From the NCBI RefSeq assembly GCF_964204645.1, contig NC_134028.1, positions 4,774,001-4,838,000 on the forward strand: DNA of 64,000 bases, in the 5' to 3' direction. Below, in pieces: positions 25,001-41,876 of the stretch; position 1 is the stretch's first letter, and each line of letters starts with the position of its first letter. This DNA is from Tubulanus polymorphus (lineage: Eukaryota > Animalia > Nemertea). Position numbers and translations under genes: made by a program. The notes under the pieces were generated by a model that did not search any database, was not told where the DNA came from, and saw only the letters and a program-made list of their open reading frames with translations.

Positions 25001-28000
25001 TAGTCATCTCCAGGAAAACTTAAGTTACAACAACATTAAGATATACAATCCAGAACAAAGAGACTTATTGAGTAATAAGATGTGACTTGTAAGTTATTCG
25101 TTGGCTTCATCACAGACAGAGTGTTTCATTAAAGGTTTTCATCATTATTTGTAAATAGGGTACGAAAGATCCTGCATTATTGGAACAAAGGCTGATCAAG
25201 AAAGCGCTCAAGATGAACGCACCATTTCTTCAGTGCCGCAAATATTTCCATGTTATTTCCATGTCCGAATTACAAGGTAAGAAACCACCGATCCTAGATT
25301 CACAGTTCTAAGTTTCTTACCGACATCTTGATTATTATCAATGATTTTGTCACCGCAGCAGGTTATACCATTTACTAGTTTGTTCTAATTACTTGAGCAT
25401 AATATGGATGTAAATTGACTCATTAGAACTGTCATATTTGTAGCTGTATTTCCACCTGATAGTTCACAAGAATTTGACATTCAATTTGGGAAACTTGTAC
25501 AGAATCTACAGGATTTAAGGAATGAACTTTCAGCAGACGTGTTTATCTTATCGTGTAATACGTGTGGTAAAGATGATCCATCAGTCGTTTCGGCGGAACA
25601 GGTGAAAAACGATCTGGAGAAAGATGGTTACAAAGTGTAAGTGGACTCTATAGATAAATAAAGAATGTATCTCATGAATGATTGAGTTTACTGCAGACTT
25701 AACTGTAAAATCAAACAGTTTCCGGCTATGTCTATTGGATTCAAAATGTTCAAAATTCAATTTTCAGCTTGATGTCTGGTGAAATGAATGTGCAAGATAT
25801 TGCATTATCTATCAAAGATTCGAAGGTAAAAGTCATCGTGATTCCTTGAATTTTCTCTAATTTTGACTTGTTTTACTATTATACGCTTTTTCGTGTTCAG
25901 GTTGTCGTTATTTTTGCGTCTAAAGAATTCAATGAGAATGAACAATGTTGTCAGTTTGTATCGTACACTAGAGATATGCTTCGTAAGCCGTCTGTGTTGT
26001 GTCTTCATGGTAACGATTCATCGTGGTTGAAAGGAGGGGACAGTGGAGCTCTGAGTATGATGATCGGTCCTGATGAGGTTTATGTAAATTTCATACAAGC
26101 CGAACAATACAATGCTAAACTCGTGGAATTGAAGAAACAAATAGATTTACGAATTTCACAATCAAAGTCTCAGGTACAGTTAACAAAGACTTGTTAGTAT
26201 CTATATTCAATGACTTTTGAATTTGGTGACTTCAAAATTTACTTTCAAGAAGTGAAATTCTGAAAAATGAATAGAGAATTCAACAAATGTAATAATGAAA
26301 GTATTGAGCAAGTCTCTTGATGCTTTTGGAAGAAGCTTGGTATGTTAATGAGTGACAATCTGTATGTATCCCCAATTTAACAAAGTTCTTGTATTTTAGG
26401 AAGCAATAACTCCACAAGTTTTCCTTAGTTATTGCTGGACAAATTCAAAGATGGCCGTCGAAGCTCACGGTTTACATAAGAATGAACTGGCATTAGGTTG
26501 GGGTGACCCTCGTGCTTTAAAACAATATCTTGAGGAAAATGGAATTTCCTGTTGGTTGGATATTGAACAAAACATGGTAAGTGATTCTAGAATTCAATGA
26601 AGACTTGTTCATGATTTAGTTTAGTACCGGTATCTAGTTCTGTTGTTCTAGGGGTAACCGGTAAGATCATTCAAACTGTTGTAAGAGTAACCTGTAAGAT
26701 TAGTTGGTATTTAGATTGTTCTAGGGGTATCCTATAAGATTTTCTAGTATTCACACTGTTCTTGGGGTAACCTGTATGTAAGATTGTCTTGTATTCTAAC
26801 TAGTCAGCTTTTTCATTTCTGTTGTAGTTTTCACTAAAATTCTGGTTATGATAGTTTGTAAAATCTTCTTGTAGACTCGGCTGTTTGAAGATCTTTGTGA
26901 AGGAATTAAGAAGACTGATATTATAGTCGCTTGTGTATCTGATGAGGTACATATTGTATTGCTATTTATTATTGTTAGTCACTGACCTGTGCAGTTTATG
27001 AAAACCTAATTCAAATGATTATATTTTCAGTACGCTGAATCTGATAACTGTATGATGGAACTGAGGTTCGCGATCGGTACGTTGAAAAAACCGGCGGTAT
27101 TCATCGTCGTTGGGACAGGAGATGATTGGGAGTGGACAGAGATCGGAATATTGAAAGATCGTCTGCGAAGTCCGAAAGTCGATTTTCGAGAAGAAAGTAA
27201 TCACTCGTACGAGAAACTGATGAAGCACGTTCAACTTCAGTTAAAAGCAGCGAAAGAAAATCGGCACCAGACAAAAAAACCATCTGCAGCAACTCAGAAA
27301 AAAATACCAAAGAAAGAAGAGAAGAAAATTGCGTTTAAGGTTAGAAATTGAGGCATTCTCTATCAACTAATGTGACCTATAGATATCATAAACATGTCCG
27401 TCTGTTTTGTAGGAAGATTATGAACTTTTACAACGGAAATTTCAACGCCAAATCGCGATATTCGCACAGACTATGAATATCGTGTATCCACGATTAATCA
27501 TTGTTGATTTTCTTGAAGAGTCTGAACTGAAGCAGCAGGGTAAATACTGGTTCTTATCACTTTTTCACTTCAGCGTATGAAATGTACTTGGAATTTATGA
27601 GTTTGTATTTTCACAGAATCGAAAAGAGATGAAGAGTTGAATGAAGCTGAAGCGGCTCGAAAAGCGGAACAAATCCGTCTGGAACAAGAGGAACAACAGT
27701 TGGCGCAACAACAAGAGATGAGCGACCTGATAAACCGTGAAGAAATCACTTTACAAAGACAAAGTGAACTCATTGATGATGAGAGAGAGGTATCTAGAAA
27801 ATACTCATGACTCTACAGTCAGTGTTTTAATCTTATTCAGAAATATTTACAGTCCATGATCCAGTTCCAGGCTTCTCGGTTGAATTTGACTCTAGATAAT
27901 TACAATGTATTCTTTTCAAATATTTAAAATGATTTTTGCATTTTAGGAAGAAGATGAATGGAAAAGTAGTAAATTTTGTTTTCGTATTTTGTGCGAGAAT

Positions 28001-29491
28001 GAACAAGGCTGGCATTGCCACGGTAAACCGCTTCCGTACTTAGTATCGCAAGAACGACGCATCTTATTCCTCACCCTCGTCGCTCCTTATTTATATCGGA
28101 TTTACAACTTACTGAAAAACAGCGGAATTCAACTTCACTGTTTAGGAGACTCGGTGAAGGCTCAGAAATTCCTTGAGTTCATCAAAGAGGTCAGTACACT
28201 GTAGTTTGATAACTCGGTATATTTGAAAATTCCAAAAATACATAAACATAATTTCATAATATATATGTTTTGTTGTAATTTCAGCACGCGAGTGGTGAAT
28301 TCCAAGCTGCATACCGTCACTGTAGAGATGCTGTTCATAATTATGATCCTGGACGACAATTGGGCTCTTTACAAAGGTACTGGTGGGGACCAGGCTACAT
28401 CGATTTGAATATGTCAGATATTTTTGATGAATCATGGGTTGGCTCGTCTTCACCCGTCAAGGGATTCGAACTCACTAACTAAACCTGTTCCCCGAACGCT
28501 GTTGGAAGCAAGTTCGGGACCGATTCCGGGCCCCTTGCAAGCGAGGATAAGATTGGCTGGTATACCAAATAAAATGAGATGTTATTATTTTTCAGGTGTT
28601 ATTTGCCGAGTGGTAAAATTAACTGGCTGTGTGAAACCGATCATCAGAAACTGAGAGTTTGTATCCTCTCGTCAGACGACCCGGGTTCAGTCAACGCGTC
28701 TAATATCGTCAACGATAGCGATATTCGATTGCGTGTTGCTCTGACTGATGACCCGGACAGGATGGCTACAGTCGCTAGGAGATACCAATCGATTATTAAA
28801 GGAAATCTACTGAAGAAACCACCGCCTGTACCAACTATTGAGAGAGTAGTGTCTGATACTAAACGTCCTGTACTCACTAAACGTTCATCTTCATGTAAGT
28901 TTGAAATCTATTTATTTGCAGAAATAATGATGCGATCAGCATGTAATGATTGATTCTAGTCTCTGTTATCCTTCTGTAAGGCTAAAGAAATGATAACTTG
29001 TTTCTCCTAATCGGCCGAATCATTTCGTAAACTGCAATTAAATTTGTAATCAGTTCATTTCTATAGATGCTGAGTCAGGGTCAGCTTGATCATGATTTAA
29101 AAAAGAGTAATGTACTGAGTACATAGGCGCCCGGCAGGGTCAACTTATTTAACGCAGCTGAAATGAGAAGCAAGGCATCAATTCTTTTAGCCTAACTTCT
29201 ATTTTGATTCTGATTTTGTACTTGTTCATTCTTCTGGCAGTGTTAGTAAGACCGATTGCTCCTGCAAAATTAGGTGATGAATTTGAACCCGAAGAGGACA
29301 GTGTTAAGGAGGAACAGGAGCAGCAGGAGCCAATCAGACGGGCGAGTGAAACAAGTCGACGGGTTAAAGCTAAAAGGCGTATGAAAGCAGCGGGGAATGC
29401 GGCGCTGGCAGCAGCCAGATACGAGCATCAACAATCTGACGAAACTTCGAATAAAACTGAGAGTAGCAGTAAAGTGTGTAATATCTCATAG
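7043..29491 (+). CDS. Giant multi-exon non-kinase ROCO protein: LRR, degenerate COR modules, Cys-rich module, SPRY, LRR with EF-hand, ROC GTPase, COR, TIR-like, TIR, C-terminal domain, CaaX-like end
   Basis: ROC: KLMLVGLGGAGKTSLL (P-loop ~21910), TWDFAGQTVYYNTHQFFLS, IFIIGTHAD. COR: FLHELGTVQYF...VVNPQW, MVPCLLP, YLPAGLFNR. LRRs at 8256-8820 and 20068-21830. SPRY: VGWRSFSVGYHGDDG (15198-15243). TIR: VFLSYCW...WLDIEQ...VSDEYAESDNCMMELRFA. Exon phases were compatible at most junctions checked by eye; one junction near 18180-18390 is unresolved. The start (ATG-G at 7043, giving MGKTKNAATK) and single-gene continuity of the 5' half are less certain; stop TAG 29489-29491. Confidence 0.85.
13988..14218. 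mobile_element. MITE (gctgccaac...gttggcagc termini); second copy at ~20585-20810
   Basis: Both copies begin gagctgccaactgttcc, share internal tgttactga/cttactgttga segments and end aggttggc(a/g)gc; terminal inverted repeat. Confidence 0.75.
20585..20811. mobile_element. MITE, same family as 13988-14218
   Basis: gcagagctgccaactgttcc ... aggttggcggctgtg; collinear similarity to the 13988 copy. Confidence 0.75.
26625..26800. repeat. Degenerate intronic minisatellite (ttgttctaggggtaacc..taagat, ~4-5 copies)
   Basis: Repeated tgttctaggggta/taagat units in the intron that splits the second TIR. Confidence 0.55.
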
Positions 29492-30399
29492 TAACAGTAA
29501 ACCCTCGGTTTTCCACCGAATTTCTTGGTTACAAACTAAGTTCATTCTCAATTGAAATGATGATCGATCCTGATGAAGCTTATGAGAATTTCATAAGTGT
29601 AGTTATATATATCAGTGGCAGATGATTAAGAGTTGGCCGAGAACTATCAATATCTCAGACTCACTTAGTTTTCCGATATAGAAATCAAGACACGCTTCTC
29701 TTACTAATCTTCTACTAATTATAGTAAAGTTGTATCAGCTCTGTGGAGGCCAGGTCCAATACAATTAAGATTTGACAATCAAACGCTAACTGAGGGTTAG
29801 ATTTGACCCTACAACTGCGGAACTGTGGCCAGGTTTAATGATAAAACTTATCCATGATTTGATTGTAAAGGCACTATAGAATTTTGAGGGTTATTTGTGT
29901 TTAGTCATGTGTATCCTTTATCATTATAGTCATAATCCGTCCAGTTTTCTAAATTCATGAGTTATTTTCGATGTGATATCATTGTGGTTATGTATATTTT
30001 TCGAGATGTTTTTTTTATACACTCTAACTTTAATTGAATTTTTGCCAAAATGTGATCTTCTTTTGCACCTAATCTGACATTATATTCGACTGAATTTATA
30101 ACACTATAGTTAGTAAGTCATAATTGCAGAGATTTTGTCATATTTGATTATGATAGACAAACTGTGACATCTGCATTATCATTTTTGATAGAATTTACTT
30201 GTACACTTTATTTACACTTGTTATGTAGCTATATTCAATGAAGATATTTTACATCTCGATCGGAAATTACCTTTGTTTGTGGTATCTATTGGTTTTACGT
30301 TGTAAAGCAAAGCGATTATTGTTATAATTATCATTATTATTATATAACATGTTAATGAATATGAATGTAATGCATCGTAAATTAACGTAACTTATCACA

Positions 30400-30600
30400 A
30401 ATAAAAATTCTATATTTGACGTGGCATCTGCGTTTACGTGCTTTATCTTACTACTGCAAGCCTACATCCTGAGTGAAATGGAGTGTTCTAAACGCATGAG
30501 TCTACAAAAACAAGAGATGTTAAAAGAACCAAATATAATAACCCGAAACAGAATTACAACTAAACACATATTAATTCCATAAACATATATACCTTTTATT
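30400..30600. terminator. Convergent polyadenylation signals: AATAAA (+, 30400-30405; ROCO) and TTTATT (minus-strand AATAAA, 30595-30600; ADAP1)
   Basis: Hexamers at the ends of AT-rich tracts downstream of the two stop codons; usage is inferred. Confidence 0.4.
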
Positions 30601-32950
30601 TTCAATCTTGAATATCATTTGAAGTAAATATCGTTGTATAAAGAATGTGTGCGGTAATATTATCACGAGTGTAATATCATCTCATTGTTTAAAATGGTCC
30701 CTTTTAGTAGTAATACATGTATAAACATTTCAATTTATAGCTTAGCTGATTTAATATGAATCTACACATATGTCTTACCAGTAGACATTAATCATTAGAA
30801 ATATGGATGGAAGAATGGATCAAAGTATCCATAGCTTACTGCATGGATGTAAGATTTAATACTAGTCTTAGTTCCGCTGATGTGAATTCAGATTTGACTT
30901 GGTTCTAACTGAAACTCGCATTGAAAATCATAACTGTGGAACTGGATCGGCACTAGTCGTTCTTAAATATCATTATATCATATCAAATTATGAGAACAGG
31001 TCTCTAATAAACGTAATGTCGATAATCAGAATACATTTAACACTTTCGCTGCAAATTAAGAGGAGTGAATTCATTTACACATATGAAACACTCCCTGTTT
31101 ATCACATTCTCACAGTAACTGTCAATGGAAGGAAGCACCATTAGATATTTCAATCACAGAGAAATGTACTTTTTGACAAGCTCCAGTTGTTTCATACAAA
31201 ATCTATTTATTCAAACATCGAGTTCTCTTGGATCCGGCTCTTTTAAACAATACAGCGATAACAACCATGGTAACGCTCTCTCAAAACAATCGGCCGAAAT
31301 CTGAACTGAACTGAACCAAAAACTCTGTTTAAATCAACTGTAAATAGTTTGAATTGTCAATCAGCTATTCTCCGACGCAATTGGGGGCATCAAATTCACT
31401 CAAACACACATACAAAATTTGGGGATTGTATTCATATTTGAGCTTCGTTCATCCAGCAGTATAGCCGCCCTCGAGCCGTAACGGTGGTACTCCAGATCCA
31501 CCAGTTTCTCTAGGGTATCGTTAACTGGGTTCACATTAAACCTCACCCAGTAGGAAATAGCAGTTCATGAATATAAAGCACCACAGGAAAATACCGTATT
31601 CAATAAAAACCTTTTCAATGATTCGAAACCTTCATGTATCAAAATAATACAAATAGATCGTGGTAAACTATATAACATACTGTATAATTTATATATAACA
31701 AATAGAAATGATGAAACTCTGATGATTAATAATAAACACTTTAAAATTCTCTCTCTCTCTTAAATTGCAGGTGGGAAACGTTTGCAAATATATAGATTTT
31801 ATCAAAATTACACTTACAATATTTACTTTTACAACATGGATCAAAAGATTGAGCTAAAACATTTTGTTAGTGGGAACCAGTTATTCTCTTGATTAACAGT
31901 CAATACAGGATTCACAGAAATAAGGCGGAGGCAAAAGTATGCACTTTTAAGCCCAGTTTGATAAGTGGTGAGAGTAGCAGATATAAGCACTTTTTAGCAC
32001 TTTCGTAAGGCAAATGTGATACCTTTTCTCATCATTTAAGACCAGGGCCCTCATTCTAATCCATAAATCATCGAAAGATAATTTGGAATGCCTACCGGTA
32101 AATTCAAAAGTAAGTACTGTTAGGAATTTGTGTGAAAAGTAAGGACTTTTTAAAGGCCTAACTAAAAATAAGTACACACTTTTAAGCACTTCGGAGATTC
32201 ACTATGAACTCGGATATTGAACATCTACATAAAACAAAGAATGACAATTTCAATCAATTCTTCATGTGACGACAGACAATGAGCTACTTGGTTATTCCAA
32301 ATTGATGCAAAAAATAATATTTTCAATAACAAAGTATAAGTTGAGCTCAAATTGGTACAGTAGACTGCGCTTGCCACAGAGCCGAATGCCTCAGACTATC
32401 AAAAGCCCTGTTTGCCCTACTGGATGGATGTGTAAAGTTTTCCTACTCCAAGTCATACGATGAGGACCCATCATCGCTCCGCTTGCCCCGCAATTTGAAT
32501 ACCTCAAGAGATTGTCAATTGGTCCTACGAGATCCAAGGCAAGCAGTCTTCTGAGTAGAGAACATAATTCATAGTGTGAATTTCAATTATTTTCGTTGTG
32601 ACCAGAAATGAAATGATTTGATAAATAAATAGAAGTACTGGTCCATAATCAGTAACGTTCATGACGAAAATAACAAATGTGTTACAAGATGTTTACATGA
32701 TCCACATCCACAATCTCTGTAGAAATTTCCTAATAATTCATACAATTATACAGATATTTGTTTCTGTCTGTTTGATAATAATATCTCTACCCAGTAATGA
32801 TTGGGTATAAAATCTCAGCCAGAATTTCCACGAGACAAAAACCTGAATTTCCAGTTCATAAAATGACACCAGCGACAATGACATACCGGTATGCAGTATT
32901 TTCAAGAGGTGTCCTAGAGACACGAGGTCTTTATATCTTACTATTGACGA

Positions 32951-37739
<4,789 letters not shown>

Positions 37740-38017
37740 TTTCAAGACTTCCGGGTTGGTTGGCTCGACCTCTAAATTCAATTAAATTCAGTTTAGTGTA
37801 CGGAACATTCATTTTTGATTTTCCGGTCAACAGATTGTTTATTAGTATAATATAAACATTGGTTTTACTATTTACCAGCTATAAATACTGTAATCCAATT
37901 ATAATCTGCATCATTAAACGGGAATAAAGTTTTTGATTTTTATCCTTCCTAATCTGGCAAGTGAGGGTTCAATTCAATTCAATTTAATAGTGAAGTGACC
38001 CATGCATAGGCGGCTCT
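37740..38017. repeat. Copy 1 of a ~280 bp duplicated segment (ADAP1 5' UTR/promoter); copy 2 is split across 38987-39208 and 41885-41965
   Basis: ttcaagacttccgggttggttggctcgacctct...aaacgggaataaagt recurs at 38987-39175; tccttcct..ctggc.agtgagggttcaattcaattcaatttaatagtgaagtgac...ataggcggctct recurs at 41885-41965. Contains the ETS-type motif CCGGAAGT on the minus strand. Confidence 0.93.
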
Positions 38018-38616
38018 AATATTTCGACCTACGCGAAGTGAGCATGTTATTCCAGCCTCGTATTCAGATATAGTGTGTACACACTGAACAGCTGCATGTA
38101 GATACTGGTTGATGTGAAATGTATAACTCGGCATGACGGAGCGATGATGTATATATAGTACAGCATCAGATACTGCATGGCTAATCCGTCCCAGAATATT
38201 TCTAAATATGATGAAGTAAAAATCCGCAAACCTATTCTATCTAATGAAAATATTAGCCTAATACCCTACTATCAGATCTCAAGGAAAATTTGGCAGTGTA
38301 TTTCCAGTGGACTGAAACATAAGTCTTCGAATAAATTGGTCAATCAATGCAAATAACCATAGAATAGCGATATACGATAGATGGACATTTCCAATAATAC
38401 TGAATATTTTGGAATTAGGCCATTGAAAAATGATTTCGACTTATTCCAAAATTGAGTATTTTGATAAGGCAACTCTTTCTAAGAGGCTATTCTTTTAAGT
38501 TCAGCCTACATTGTTAAGCATGGCCAGCGTGATGTTTTAGGCGAGAGGGGTTATTTTCAACAAAATTGGGACCTTAGCAAATATGCTATGGATCTTGAAT
38601 TATCTGCCATTTTCAT

Positions 38617-38986
38617 GTTCAAGTTCAAATTTATTTCACAGAAAGCATGACAGGCTATGTACACAGGTAAAGAGAAAACAAACAATAAAATTTACAATTT
38701 TTTAAACAAAGCACAATTATAAAAAGAGAGAGAGAACAGTAGCTTTCAGTGTGGGCCAAGCAAAGCCTTTAGGCTGCTGTCGCAAGCACCCAGGGGAAGA
38801 AAACGAAAGGGAAATGAAATGAAGAAACAAAGGGGAAGGAAATGAGAGTTGATGATTTTTGATAATTTCAGGAGAGTTTATATGAGTAAGCTAGAGGGTT
38901 CAGGAGAATGAGCAATTATAACAATTAGGGTTATTACAGCGATGGATATCATTGTAGGCGGAGGTGAGATATGGTCTGAGTTTACG
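38617..38986 (-). mobile_element. 5'-truncated L2/CR1-group LINE 3' end
   Basis: Minus strand reads RKLRPYLTSAYNDIHRCNNPNCYNCSFS* (C..xNCYxC terminus typical of L2/Crack/Daphne-type ORF2), then a 3' UTR ending in an AATAAA-like hexamer and a (TTGAAC)n tail. Confidence 0.6.
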
Positions 38987-39208
38987 TTTCAAGACTTCCG
39001 GGTTGGTTGGCTCGACCTCTAGATTCAATCAAATTCAGTTTAGTACGGAACATTCTTTTTTGAGTTTCCGGTCAACAGATTGTTTATTAGTATGATATAA
39101 ACATTGGTTTTACTATTTCCCAGCTATAAATACTGTAATCCAGTTATAATCTGCATCATTAAACGGGAATAAAGTTAGAGGAGAGACGGGAGAAAATTTT
39201 GATTTTTG

Positions 39209-41876
39209 GAGAAGGGTCATTCTTAAGAATCCGCAGACCTGCCCTGAGAGGCCACAAGGCTTCTCAGGGCAGGAACCTGCCCTGAGAGGCCATTGGCGCA
39301 ATTAAGCAGTATAAATGGAAAACTCGGCTATAATTCTGATGAAACGGCGAACTATCTCGCCGATGTTTGACATGCACATTGTCGAGTCATGAAATTAAAT
39401 GGATTAAAATGAAATAAATTAAACGTATTGATATATCGACACTTAACAAATAAAACGAAAGTAATATTTCAATTAAAATTCATTCATAATAAGAAATGTA
39501 TTTTTAAAAAGTTAATTAGTTAACCGACGACGAAAAGTTATGGTGATTATATAGATTTCAAAGCATTAATTTAATTATTCAAATATCCTATAGGCCTACA
39601 GAAACAATTTGTGTCGTCCACTGATATTAGTGCGTTTCAATATGCTGTATATTCTAATTCAACAGTGAATTTTTCGGGAGTTTCTACTGCTTTTGCAGAA
39701 ACTCTATTGTAATTCTGCTGATCATATTTTTCTTCTCCGGGGTAAGGGTTGGTTGATCATATGTCATATTATTTTTCGTTAGGTTAATTACCTGAGCGCA
39801 GGCCAACTTTAATCAGTTTGATACTTTATCTAATGACAATGGCATAATTATAGTTGCCACATGCAATAAGGCATACGCAATTGAATCTAATCTGATCAGC
39901 CCTGCGGGTGCAATTATATACGTAGTCTACCGTCGTCAACCTGCCCTGAGAGGCCAGTTTAACTGCTGCAGTTTGAGTTCTGCAGATCACCTGCCCTGAG
40001 AGGCCAGTTCAACTGCTGCTGTTTGAGTTCTGATATCACCTACCCTGAGAGGCCACTTTCATTTTGCAGATATCAACCTGCCCTGAGAGGCCACTTTCAT
40101 TCTGCACAAAATCAACCTGCCCTGAGAGGCCAGTCTAACTGCTGATGTTTGAGTTCTGATATCACCTGCCCTGAGAGGCCAGTTTCATTCTGCAGATATC
40201 ACCTGCCCTGAGAGGCCAGTTCAACTGCTGCAGTTTGACTTCCGATATCAACCTGCCCTGAGAGGCCAGTTTCATTCTGCAGATATAACCTGCCCTGAGA
40301 GGCCAATTCAACTGCTGCAGTTTGACTTCTGATATCAACCTGCCCTGAGAGGCCAGTTCAACTGCTGCTGTTTGAGTTCTGATAACACCTGCCCTGAGAG
40401 GCCACTTTCATTTTGCAGATATCAACCTGCCCTGAGGCCTGTTCAACTGCTGCAGTTTGACTTCCGATATCAACCTGCCCTGAGAGGCCAGTTTCATTCT
40501 GCAGATATCACCTGCCCTGAGAGGCCAGTTTAACTGCTGCAGTTTGAGTTCTGCAGATCACCTGCCCTGAGAGGCCACTTTCATTTTGCAGGTATCAACC
40601 TGCCCTGAGAGGCCACTTTCATTCTGCAGAAATCAACCTGCCCTGAGAGGCCAGTTTAACTGCTGCTGTTTGAGTTCTGAAATCACCTGCCCTGAAGCGC
40701 CAGTTTCATTCTGCAGGTATCACCTGCCCTGAGAGGCCAGTTTAACTGCTGCAGTTTGAGTTCTGCAGATCACCTGCCCTGAGAGGCCAGTTCAACTGCT
40801 GCAGTTTGACTTCCGATATCAACCTGCCCTGAGAGGCCAGTTTCATTCTGCATAAATCAACCTGCCCCGAGAGCTGCTCCAGTTTGACTTCCAATATCAA
40901 CCTGCCCTGAGAGGCCAGTTTCGTTTCGATAATACAGATTTTTCCTACATTTGACAATCAATCTAGGCTAGACCTCACGCATGTTACCAAAATGAGTTTA
41001 GAAAATGTGTCGTATGTTTTATATTGACGTAATGAGCAATTGCGGCATGCTCTCCTCATCTCTTCGTCACCACCCATTAATGTGTGAGCAAGCCGATAGC
41101 CAGTTTAATTACGATGCGATAAGGACTTTGTTATTTAACACAAGTGCATTCATATTTATTGATGCAAACAATGTATAGAAATACGTATGCAAATGTAACA
41201 CAAGAAAGTGAAGTGCAAAGAAATTAGAAGAAACATATAGCACGTTAATCGTAAATTATAGATTACAAATAAAAACAGCGCCGCTTGGAATCATATAATT
41301 CAATTTTTACAAAAAACTTGTATCATCGTTATCATTAATTACCTAACATAGCAGCAAAATTCTATTCCTGAGAATAATTGTGATTTTTCTTCTTCATTAA
41401 GTTATAGATGAAATTTTTTATGATGTTTTGATAAGAAATGTTCCCACAAGGAAAGTTTTTTTTCATTTCTTTATTTCTATGAAAAATATTAGTATTTTTT
41501 AATTTGTTTCTGAAAAATATCAATTCTAATTCTATTTTCTTATATATTTCAACAAAAATTCATATTTTGATTTTAGGTAACTTTTGTTTCCCTATCGTAT
41601 TGACTTTTTAACTGTTTTAGCTTAATATGATTAAAAGCATTTGTATTTCTCAATTTATTTCTATAGAATACAGCGTAGTCTTCTATTGTATGATCGAAAA
41701 CTTTAGTTTGAATCTGAATATCCCGATCACCTTGCCACCATTTCAGCTCACACTATTGAATGGGTTTTCATTTTCTATTGATTCAATCGACTGGCCTCTC
41801 AGGGCAGGTTCCTGCCCTGAGAAGCCATGTGGCCTCTCAGGGCAGGTTCTGGAAAATCTGCAGAATGACTCATATG
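39209..41876. mobile_element. 2,668 bp non-autonomous DNA transposon with imperfect ~85-90 bp TIRs, 8 bp TSD GATTTTTG and an internal tandem array
   Basis: TSD at 39201-39208 and 41877-41884. Left end gagaagggtcattctt...acctgccctgagaggccacaaggcttctcagggcaggaacctgccctgagaggcc is mirrored at 41791-41876. An empty-site paralog is visible at ~37925-37960. Confidence 0.9.
39936..40920 (+). repeat. Tandem array of ~23 copies of ACCTGCCCTGAGAGGCCA separated by two linker types (units of ~49-50 bp and ~37-38 bp)
   Basis: Linker A ttcaactgctgcagtttga(g/c)ttc.gatatc; linker B tttcattctgcagatatc; copies counted by eye. Confidence 0.95.

Noticed and set aside
25535-28645. Recent bacterial transfer or contamination as the source of the bacterial-like TIR and C-terminal domain
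   Set aside because: The region is split by many canonical spliceosomal introns and has host-like composition; only an ancient origin remains possible.
21781-29491. Calling the ROCO gene LRRK1/LRRK2/DAPK/MFHAS1
   Set aside because: No kinase, WD40, ankyrin or death-domain motifs were found; TIR domains follow COR, so no gene symbol is assigned.
29492-32950. Short ORFs between the ROCO gene and ADAP1 (30899, 31947, 32266, 32738)
   Set aside because: No recognisable motifs or exon chains; consistent with convergent 3' UTRs plus repeat fragments.
39936-40920. CRISPR array (constant repeat plus spacers)
   Set aside because: The spacers are reiterations of only two sequence classes, the repeat is the host transposon's TIR motif, there are no cas genes, and the context is eukaryotic.
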